Under the pieces are notes generated by a model. It was given only the letters and a program-made list of their open reading frames with translations. It ran no database searches and was not told the DNA's origin. Source: a virus. From it: DNA of 64,000 nucleotides. The translations under genes were made by a program, and so were the position numbers. Shown here in pieces: positions 56,035 to 63,217 of the stretch. The stretch is taken from positions 20,624-84,623 of the IMG/VR virus record IMGVR_UViG_3300031707_000005; one strand, written 5' to 3'. Numbering within the stretch: the stretch's first letter is position 1; each line of letters begins with the position of its first letter.

Positions 56035-56257
56035 TCTTTTCTGTCGTGTTAGCTTTAACACCCATTCCGGCGAGGGCTTCGATGACCATTTGAAGATTTG
56101 CCTGTGGTGATTTATTCCTTATGTCAGGTATACTTGGCATGAGAAGCCCGTTTCTTCTCTTAAGTTCTTCAGAAGCACAGTCAAGGAGCTCAAAAAGCTC
56201 ATCATCATTAATTTCTTGAATTTTTGACTTGATTTCTAAAAGTATTTCGGAAAACAT
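56024..56257 (-). CDS. Hypothetical protein
   Basis: Start at MFSEIL supported by gTACAGT-N5-ATG. Confidence 0.6.
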   Translation of the reverse strand: MFSEILLEIKSKIQEINDDELFELLDCASEELKRRNGLLMPSIPDIRNKSPQANLQMVIEALAGMGVKANTTEKTKP

Positions 56258-56275
56258 ATATAACTGTACCACAAA

Positions 56276-56707
56276 ATGTCAAAATCGGAATTAAAAAGTG
56301 TTCATATCCATGATCGTATAAATTCTAATGGTTTTAACCTCGTAGTTCGTTTTACAAATGTTTCTTTCGTAGTTCCCTTAAATGATGGACTAAATGCTGA
56401 TGAAATTCTTCATTCCACGTACGGAACGATTTTATATACTGTGAGATCTGAAGTTACCTCTATACTGATATTAACCGAACACAAACCATTTTTGAGAGAG
56501 ATAATCAAAGATCTCATTTCGATACATACTAATGATAAAGTTACATTAGCTTTCAATGTGAAAAAATCGAAGTTATTTTTACAACGTTGGGAAGTGGGGT
56601 TGCTTCGAAAGTTTCTGTTAAGTTATGACCTTCCGAAAAAACTTCCAATTGAATCAGCAGTACAAGTAGTCAAAGAACTCTATGTAGAACAAGTCATGGA
56701 ATCATAG
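56276..56707 (+). CDS. Hypothetical protein ending in the (V/I)MxS motif
   Basis: Ends KELYVEQVMES*. Confidence 0.7.
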   Translation: MSKSELKSVHIHDRINSNGFNLVVRFTNVSFVVPLNDGLNADEILHSTYGTILYTVRSEVTSILILTEHKPFLREIIKDLISIHTNDKVTLAFNVKKSKLFLQRWEVGLLRKFLLSYDLPKKLPIESAVQVVKELYVEQVMES

Positions 56708-56710
56708 AGC

Positions 56711-57169
56711 ATGACGTACACGAGACCAATTCTAGAGGCCATAGAACTCGATGTAAATGAACTCGGAATGAAATATATTAAAATAATAAGACGCCCATCT
56801 GACGATAAGCCAATTCTCGATATTATGTTTCTAAATGGGTTAAGACTTACCGTAGATATGACTTATAATATGAGTGTTCATGATATAGGGAGACAGCTTC
56901 ATATCAATCTTAAAGAGGTTAGACCCCACAGCTTTATAGAGTATGAATCTGCCATCAATGCAATAATCTACTCAATTGAGAGGGTATTTAGCTATCCGAA
57001 TGGTAAAATCATCCAGATTGATTTTAATAAGAAAGAAAAAATAGAACTAGAACTTCATAAACGATGGTCAGAATCGCTTTTCTTCGTTTGGATGAAGAAA
57101 TCTGAATTTATGAAGAGATATCCGTATGAACTTATTTTACGAACTATTACCGAATTATATATAGAATAA
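56711..57169 (+). CDS. Hypothetical protein, likely paralog of the upstream gene
   Basis: Similar RW and C-terminal ELY(V/I)E pattern; ends TELYIE*. Confidence 0.65.
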   Translation: MTYTRPILEAIELDVNELGMKYIKIIRRPSDDKPILDIMFLNGLRLTVDMTYNMSVHDIGRQLHINLKEVRPHSFIEYESAINAIIYSIERVFSYPNGKIIQIDFNKKEKIELELHKRWSESLFFVWMKKSEFMKRYPYELILRTITELYIE

Positions 57170-57571
57170 TTATATTATCGGTGTAACCCATACATTCAAT
57201 ATGGGTCCGGTATACTGAACTAATTTAACTTCTCCAAAACTCCATATAAGTTTACCTTGAGAATGAATATTTTCTATTTTTGAAATGGCTTCTTGTTCGT
57301 TGTATGCACTAACGTTTTGAGTATATGCACTAATATGTATGCGTGAAGTCAGTGAAACTTGAAAGGATCCTACTTCGGATCCAATTGCCCAAACACTATT
57401 TAATGGACCAACGTACGCACCGATTTGTTGGTTTTGGTACGTCCAATAAACCTGAGCTCGCATATGGAGGCGTCTTGCTTCTATTTCTGCTGCTTCTTTT
57501 GAAGAAGCCAAAATAGACAACGAGCCCGATACACTAATTTCAGCTAATAATGAAACGTTAAAAAGTGACAT
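57170..57571 (-). CDS. Hypothetical protein with two internal repeats
   Basis: ASSKEAA...YWTY...YVGPLNSVW and AYNEQEA...IWSF...YTGPILNVW. Confidence 0.65.
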   Translation of the reverse strand: MSLFNVSLLAEISVSGSLSILASSKEAAEIEARRLHMRAQVYWTYQNQQIGAYVGPLNSVWAIGSEVGSFQVSLTSRIHISAYTQNVSAYNEQEAISKIENIHSQGKLIWSFGEVKLVQYTGPILNVWVTPII

Positions 57572-57634
57572 TTAACCCGCTTGATCACAAGGGATTTAAA
57601 CGTTTAAACGTCTTTCAGTATATCATCCAGGACC

Positions 57635-57847
57635 CTATCTATGTGATCCACGACACGTTGTGCACTGAGGCTGATTTCTGATCATCCCACTCTTCATTTG
57701 TCGAAGACCAAAGCTCTTTCCGAGCTTCCATTCACCACACTTGGTGCAGCGAAATTTAGCGTTTGTCAAAATGACGCGACCGGACTCATGTTTCACGGTA
57801 TTATGTTCTTTGCTCATTTGCTTTTCTTTCATTACGGTTTGATGCAA
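57635..57847 (-). CDS. Small Zn-finger protein
   Basis: CTKCGEWK...F...QCTTCR. Confidence 0.6.
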   Translation of the reverse strand: MHQTVMKEKQMSKEHNTVKHESGRVILTNAKFRCTKCGEWKLGKSFGLRQMKSGMIRNQPQCTTCRGSHR

Positions 57848-57852
57848 TTAGT

Positions 57853-58365
57853 TCAACCATTTCTTTCTACCAGGTATTGAGAGAGTGCTTTCGTATGTGT
57901 CGGAAATGCTAGTTCAGTATCTTGATTAGTAATAACGAGTTCTGAGACTTCAGAATTCGGCGTGAATTCTGATATGATATTGCTTGGAAGGTATGGAGTA
58001 CGACCGAAAATTATAATTCGTTCTTTATCCGTAGATGACTCAATACCGTCGAGTCTAAATAAACTTGGTGCTATATCAAGACCAGTTTCTTCTCGTAATT
58101 CTCTAGACATCCCTTCTTGCCATGTTTCGCCGATTTCTAAATAACCGCCTGGAAAAGCTAATTTTCCGAGTCCAGGGTCTCGAGCTCGACGAATCAAAAG
58201 AATACCGCCACCAATTATCACCTTAGCAACTACAACAGGTATCGGATTTTCCCATGAAGTTTGGTTGCAGTTCAAACACGTACGAGGAGACTCATACGTC
58301 ATGCTAACTCCACAGTTACTACAATAGTTCATATCAACGTTGCGACCGATTTCAAGATGCCACAC
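57853..58365 (-). CDS. Nudix hydrolase with N-terminal Zn ribbon
   Basis: CSNCG...CLNC, NPIPVV, PGGYLEIGETWQEGMSRELREETGL. Confidence 0.92.
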   Translation of the reverse strand: MWHLEIGRNVDMNYCSNCGVSMTYESPRTCLNCNQTSWENPIPVVVAKVIIGGGILLIRRARDPGLGKLAFPGGYLEIGETWQEGMSRELREETGLDIAPSLFRLDGIESSTDKERIIIFGRTPYLPSNIISEFTPNSEVSELVITNQDTELAFPTHTKALSQYLVERNG

Positions 58366-58371
58366 GACCTC

Positions 58372-58704
58372 TCAATCGTGAATTCGACGTGCTGGAAGCA
58401 TTGGTTCACCGACGTCATCAACGAAAATCTTCAAAGTTCCGGAATCCTCACCAATAACCGTCATCCCAACAATTTGTGGAGGAATTGCGAACGTTGCATA
58501 AATTTCATCCATACACGGTTCACAGATGTCGGAACAATATTTATCCCCGTCTTTTTGAGAACCATATCCGTAAGTGTTACGAATTTCAGTAAAATCAGGA
58601 TGAGTTTCATCCGAGTTCACTTTGTAGGTTTTTCCACACTTGTTGCAGACAACCTTGAACGGTTCTGCCTTGTCAATTCGAACGTTGCGATAGTATATCA
58701 TCAA
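58372..58704 (-). CDS. Zn-finger hypothetical protein
   Basis: CNKCG...GYGSQKDGD...DICEPC. Confidence 0.7.
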   Translation of the reverse strand: MMIYYRNVRIDKAEPFKVVCNKCGKTYKVNSDETHPDFTEIRNTYGYGSQKDGDKYCSDICEPCMDEIYATFAIPPQIVGMTVIGEDSGTLKIFVDDVGEPMLPARRIHD

Positions 58705-58707
58705 GCC

Positions 58708-59172
58708 CTAAAGTCGTTTGCTAAGTTTTTCGGCTTCTACGAATGTTCGACCATATCCAGCATTATATGCTGTTGTTTGAGAAATCTCAAACTCAGCCGC
58801 TATATCACGTGAACTATAACCATTGGCTACGAGGTCTCGGATTTCAGCAGCCGTTACAATGTCAAGTTTTTGCCCATTACATACTTCGCGAATAGTCATA
58901 AACTGACCGCGTTCTTGAATAGTTCCGACAAAGTGGTGATCTGGATTGATACATCTATCCTGACCACAAGTTCTAATTACTTGTTTGTTAGATGGAAGAA
59001 CTTCATCTGGGTTCTGAAATATCCAGGCTATGCGATTGGCCGCATGAAGCTTCCCAAAAATCCAGAACTTCCCGTGAGTTCCATCTGAACTGCCGGTCCA
59101 CAACCAATGACCGGAAGCAGTTTTACGAATTTTTTGTTCAAAACGCTGTTGGATTTTATCGTCAAGTTTCAT
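58708..59172 (-). CDS. HNH-like endonuclease + HTH, probably degenerate
   Basis: WLWTG...HGKF...ANRIAW...VIRTCGQDRCINPDH, then SSRDIAAEFEISQTTA. Confidence 0.7.
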   Translation of the reverse strand: MKLDDKIQQRFEQKIRKTASGHWLWTGSSDGTHGKFWIFGKLHAANRIAWIFQNPDEVLPSNKQVIRTCGQDRCINPDHHFVGTIQERGQFMTIREVCNGQKLDIVTAAEIRDLVANGYSSRDIAAEFEISQTTAYNAGYGRTFVEAEKLSKRL

Positions 59173-59188
59173 TTCTAAAGAAATACAT

Positions 59189-59434
59189 TCAACTAGTCAT
59201 AATTTCCCGACAACAAAATTCTTCAACAGATAAATTGATGAAATTCACAATAGATTCTAAATCATCATGGAAGTGTTCTTCGCATCGACGATATAACTGG
59301 TTATTATTTGCACGAGACATATAGAAATGTATGGCCGGTCGACCGCACGGTGTCGGTGTCAGTGCTAGTGGACCGGCCACATTTCCCGAAATTTCCCAGT
59401 CTAGCTTATCACATTTAATGCCATGTTCCATCAA
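59189..59434 (-). CDS. Small C-CG.PA-CxxH protein ending in the (V/I)MxS motif
   Basis: CGRPAIHFY...CEEH...SVEEFCCREIMTS*. Confidence 0.7.
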   Translation of the reverse strand: MMEHGIKCDKLDWEISGNVAGPLALTPTPCGRPAIHFYMSRANNNQLYRRCEEHFHDDLESIVNFINLSVEEFCCREIMTS

Positions 59435-60024
59435 TACGGACGACTGGGACCATTTCTGCGTGACTGTTTATATGAACGCTGCGGACGTTCGAACGATTGG
59501 TCCTGTCGATACGGCCTATCTCCATTCCCATTCTGGTGGTTATCATTCGGATAATTCGGATAACCCTGGTGATGATTCGATTGATTCGGATAGTAATCCG
59601 GTCGCCGATTTTGGCTCATATAATTCTGGTTTGATGGACGTTCTTGATAGCCATAATCCGGACGATTCTGTCGATTATTTGGCCGGAAGTTCTGCTGAGC
59701 TTCCGCCTCCCCAGCAATATGAACGTAAGTGCGACTCTGGTTCGCAACTGCCACACGACTGAAGATATGACGGATTGCTTGAATGGTCGAATGATCTCGA
59801 CCGATGACAATGCCGACGTCTTTCGGGTTCACGTGAATCATGAGAGTGGATGAATGGTTATCATTATCACGGTTTTCCTCCACTCGAATGTCAAGTGGAC
59901 ACGTGACAAACGCACGTAGAATCTCAGTCAACAAATCCGCATCAGTAAGTGGATCCATATCAGATGATGGTTCAGTGGGATTATCGGAGACGTCTTGCGA
60001 GTCAATATCGGAAGTTTTGGTCAT
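59431..60024 (-). CDS. KhpA-like KH-domain RNA-binding protein with low-complexity tail
   Basis: LMIHVNPKDVGIVIGRDHSTIQAIRHI; Q/N/Y/R/P-rich C-terminus. Confidence 0.8.
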   Translation of the reverse strand: MTKTSDIDSQDVSDNPTEPSSDMDPLTDADLLTEILRAFVTCPLDIRVEENRDNDNHSSTLMIHVNPKDVGIVIGRDHSTIQAIRHIFSRVAVANQSRTYVHIAGEAEAQQNFRPNNRQNRPDYGYQERPSNQNYMSQNRRPDYYPNQSNHHQGYPNYPNDNHQNGNGDRPYRQDQSFERPQRSYKQSRRNGPSRPY

Positions 60025-60138
60025 ATTATCTCTATACTGTCAGATTCGATTCAGTCAGATCGGGTTAGGTTGGGTTGTTGGTTGGGTTGTTGATTTGGTT
60101 CGTGTCGCGGTCATAACTGACCGAACGAATGTTGAAAA

Positions 60139-60435
60139 CTAAGACAGCCAAGAAGTCCTTGAGTCTCTACTGATGTGGATGTCGCCTGTTGCATCATAAC
60201 AAGTACTGAGATATAAAGTCGGTTCAGCTACTCTAGCATGCCATATAGCTGTTATTGCAACATCATCCAAGAATTTAGGGTCACATGAATCACGCGGTTC
60301 TTCAAAAAACTCAATCGGAAGATTAACTGTGCTACCATCTGAACCCTGTTGTACGTCGCAGTGAAAAACATTATCACCATCGAGACGGATGGTTATTTTA
60401 ACTTCACCAGAGTATCGGAATATCTTCTTCACCAT
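60139..60435 (-). CDS. Hypothetical protein
   Basis: 98-aa ORF in cluster. Confidence 0.6.
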   Translation of the reverse strand: MVKKIFRYSGEVKITIRLDGDNVFHCDVQQGSDGSTVNLPIEFFEEPRDSCDPKFLDDVAITAIWHARVAEPTLYLSTCYDATGDIHISRDSRTSWLS

Positions 60436-60442
60436 CAGATGG

Positions 60443-60660
60443 CTAGCTCATCATAATTATCCAGCAATCAAATTCTTCAACAGTTAAACGAGTAACAAGC
60501 GGAGATGTTTCAAGAACAGAATTTTTCCAGTGGTCTGGACATCGGGGATGGGATAATTCACCTTCCGGGTGATTAGAAATGAAAAAATCCGTGGCTGGTT
60601 TACCGCAATTTGACGAAGAGATATTACGACGTTTACCGGGTGGTTGCACTCATGGAACAT
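60443..60660 (-). pseudogene. CG.PA-CxxH/(V/I)MxS paralog with apparently frameshifted 5' end
   Basis: The main frame has CGKPATDFF...CPDH...TVEEFDCWIIMMS* but lacks the first Cys. MFHECNHP lies in another frame, and the TATAAT-N5-ATG start encodes only 6 aa. Confidence 0.45.
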
Positions 60661-60701
60661 TATACACTACCAAATAAAAACACTAATTTACGATCTATAG
60701 T

Positions 60702-60902
60702 TTAGCTCAACATGACCAAGTATGCAATATACTCATCATTGGAAATTTGTTCATAACTCATAAACTTTGAAGAATGTTTATCGCAACAAGACTCGAGCTT
60801 ACGTTTACAAATAATGAAAAAATGGGTGGATGGCTTACCGCATAGGAGCCATGTGCTCTGATGCCCATCCATCATGAAATAACTACAAGACTCGGTTTTC
60901 AT
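60702..60902 (-). CDS. Small C-CG.P-CxxH protein ending in the (V/I)MxS motif
   Basis: CSYF...CGKPSTHFF...CDKH...ISNDEYIAYLVMLS*. Confidence 0.7.
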   Translation of the reverse strand: MKTESCSYFMMDGHQSTWLLCGKPSTHFFIICKRKLESCCDKHSSKFMSYEQISNDEYIAYLVMLS

Positions 60903-61255
60903 GGAGTTACTAAAAAAGGGAGACTGGCGCGATAAATGACCAGTACAACATCATAAAATATCCGGTAAGTTTGTCGACTAAGTAATGAAATATCGGAGTG
61001 ATTCTCTGGATAATTCTTCTCTGGATAAACTCGATTAAGTATTTCAGATAAACTCGCACCGCCAATTATAGCGGTGGATAAACTACAGAACACTTCGCGG
61101 TCAGCGGAAGACGCTTTTTCCCATGAAGGAAAATCAGCGGTTGAGGTTATTTGGCAAAAAGAATAAACAGCCTCGGTAGCGGCACGAGCACAAATTTGTA
61201 ACTGTTGCTGAGTGTTCATAAGCCTCGGATGGTGATGTGGACGGAACTCGTGCAA
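60899..61255 (-). CDS. Hypothetical protein, weakly like phage RyR-domain-associated N-termini
   Basis: CARAATEAVYSFCQ....FPSWEKA. Confidence 0.45.
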   Translation of the reverse strand: MHEFRPHHHPRLMNTQQQLQICARAATEAVYSFCQITSTADFPSWEKASSADREVFCSLSTAIIGGASLSEILNRVYPEKNYPENHSDISLLSRQTYRIFYDVVLVIYRASLPFLVTP

Positions 61256-61262
61256 ATAAGGT

Positions 61263-61297
61263 TAGGGTGGGGGTGGACTAAATCCACCCCCACCCTA
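61263..61297. terminator. Perfect 15-bp hairpin, probable terminator or RNA-stabilising stem
   Basis: TAGGGTGGGGGTGGA-ctaaa-TCCACCCCCACCCTA, 3 nt after the stop of 61301-61735; weak U-tract. Confidence 0.65.
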
Positions 61298-61300
61298 TTA

Positions 61301-61735
61301 CTAAATGGCGGCAAGTGGCTCGGATAATTGCGGGACGTCTGATGATTTTCTGAGTCCGGGCTTTCCATAAGCGGCCAAACCGTATCGAAAGAAAACTCGA
61401 GCGAGTTCACCGATGATGGCTTTCTTAAAAACTTCGGTGAGTTCGGTGTCGGGTTTTCTTGGATACGAGTCGAAGTAGTTCGGATCGAGCTCTTGGATAG
61501 CTCGAAGAACGGCTTCAGGCTCTCGGTCGTGAAACTTATTCAGAACCATATACCCATATGCGATAGTCTCGTCCGGATTTGATGGACGCCGTGTCGCGTT
61601 CATTGCATACTGGAACACCGCAATACGTGGTTGACGGGCTTGGCGCTTCTCCCAAGGCTCAGAACACCACTTACGTTTATCAGGAGAAAGAAGACTAGGA
61701 CGAGATTCTAGTGGAAGGTGCTGTTGTTCTGGCAT
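61301..61735 (-). CDS. Hypothetical protein in its own transcription unit
   Basis: GGAG SD, upstream gTATAAT, downstream hairpin. Confidence 0.7.
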   Translation of the reverse strand: MPEQQHLPLESRPSLLSPDKRKWCSEPWEKRQARQPRIAVFQYAMNATRRPSNPDETIAYGYMVLNKFHDREPEAVLRAIQELDPNYFDSYPRKPDTELTEVFKKAIIGELARVFFRYGLAAYGKPGLRKSSDVPQLSEPLAAI

Positions 61736-61857
61736 GATGAGTCTCCGCAGTTTGATTTAGTATCGCCGGTAGTCCGATGACTTAGGAGCGTCTAGGAGCC
61801 GAAGCTCAATCTCCTCCGGTTGATTTATTAGAGCACATCGGATAAACGTAGACAATG

Positions 61858-61889
61858 ATCTGCGTTCCATCTGCGTTCCATCTGCGTTC
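61858..61889. repeat. 11-bp tandem repeat ATCTGCGTTCC, about 3 copies, intergenic
   Basis: Read directly from the sequence. Confidence 0.85.
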
Positions 61890-61921
61890 AAGCTGCTTCT
61901 GATGTAGATTATACACCTACA

Positions 61922-62266
61922 TTAATATTCTGAATGCGCGCGATTTGCTTTTTCCCACGCATCTACCAACGGGCCGATTTGCGGATGCAATCCTTTACGA
62001 TCACTGTCCACTATGTACGTGATCCGACCGCCAGCCACATGTGTCCATAGGCCGAAGCGCCCAGTACACGCAAGCCGTGCCGAGTAGAAACCCGTGGGTC
62101 GACCATGCCGCCCTTCATAGTCCCGATGCGCTTGTTGTTGCGGTTCGCGCCCACACTTGTAGCAGACGCTAGGGCGGTGGTCCGTTGCCACATAACCGCA
62201 CTGACAATTTGGCCACCACGGGATAGTAGAGCAACGTGGGCAAGCTGAGAAAATATCATCGGTCAT
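61922..62266 (-). CDS. Cys-rich hypothetical protein
   Basis: CPRC...CQCG...CYKCG; start placed at MTDDIF. Confidence 0.55.
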   Translation of the reverse strand: MTDDIFSACPRCSTIPWWPNCQCGYVATDHRPSVCYKCGREPQQQAHRDYEGRHGRPTGFYSARLACTGRFGLWTHVAGGRITYIVDSDRKGLHPQIGPLVDAWEKANRAHSEY

Positions 62267-62305
62267 AGTATTGGAAAATACACCGAGGTCGTTGTAATGT
62301 TCGAT

Positions 62306-63091
62306 ATGATTCGAGTAGAACGCCACACTTCATATGCGACTTCCACGGGTTTGTTGCAATATTCTGAACACTGTCCGGAGTCGGAGCACCTAAATCTTCG
62401 GATATGTAACTGCACGACCGATGTATCCGAACGACCGGAGGGAAAGCCGAGCCATGTGGTTCAAGATGTGACGTTATCGGGCGAATCGTGGGAATTTAGA
62501 CTCGCTAGTATGAGTTTCATATACCGATGGAAAGACGCTACGGGAAAAATTAAGTTCTCTCCGCACACCTATTTCACGTTCGGAAACGGCGGACGGTCGA
62601 TTCGGATGGAAGTCATAAGTGCGGACTACGAATCGGATATTTTGAACCCAAGAAAAGCATTTTTCGGTAACTTATATGTAGGTCCGCAGATAGATACGAG
62701 CCAAATGATGAACGGACATGCGAAAAGCCGGGTTGTTGATCCGGGTAGGATTGGTCCATCGGACGTTTGGATGCACACGTGCAACTTCGGTAAAGAAGCG
62801 ACGGGTCCGGTTTTTAAAAAAGAATTCTGGTTGGAACTGACGAATCTGGCGGAAGAACTGCACTCTATACCGACCCAATATCTAACTGATATAGAGTCTC
62901 CGGTCGAAAGCGTGTACGAGAGGGTGAAATCGAATGCCCGGTTCTTGCAGTTAGTAGACGAAATCCAGACCCGATTATCTACGATTGCGCCAATGGACGG
63001 GTTTCAAAAAACGGAGGCATTCCGGGTAGGAGTGAAGCTTTTGAAAAAAGTTAGCAATTTTAAGTCTAAACAAGTGTCCACGTCTAACTGA
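62306..63091 (+). CDS. Hypothetical protein
   Basis: gTAATGT-N5-ATG start at 62306. Confidence 0.7.
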   Translation: MIRVERHTSYATSTGLLQYSEHCPESEHLNLRICNCTTDVSERPEGKPSHVVQDVTLSGESWEFRLASMSFIYRWKDATGKIKFSPHTYFTFGNGGRSIRMEVISADYESDILNPRKAFFGNLYVGPQIDTSQMMNGHAKSRVVDPGRIGPSDVWMHTCNFGKEATGPVFKKEFWLELTNLAEELHSIPTQYLTDIESPVESVYERVKSNARFLQLVDEIQTRLSTIAPMDGFQKTEAFRVGVKLLKKVSNFKSKQVSTSN

Positions 63092-63217
63092 TAGCTGAAT
63101 ATTATTCAGGATATGTGCCGGAGAAATTCGAGCAGGTCCGAAAGTACTCGGATGTGTTGAAAATGCGCACGAGCCGGATTACTTACGGTCGCGTTCGTTC
63201 CGGTATATAAGTAGCCT

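Larger units (their letters stand above)
6417..57598 (-). promoter_or_regulatory. Candidate late-promoter motif TA(A/G)-x-CCCTT(T) upstream of virion-type genes
   Basis: TAAGCCCTTT 43100-09, TAGCCCTTT 8958-66, TAAGCCCTT 16330-38, TAGACCCTTT 33032-41, TAAATCCCTT 57589-98, TAGACTTT 6417-24. Confidence 0.5.
20123..62308. promoter_or_regulatory. Dispersed leaderless promoters G-TANNNT-N5-start
   Basis: Hexamers at 20131-36, 21606-11, 28100-05, 32396-401, 33089-94, 50309-14, 54499-504, 55511-16, 56263-68, 60659-64 and 62295-300, each exactly 5 nt from ATG/GTG with no SD. Confidence 0.75.
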
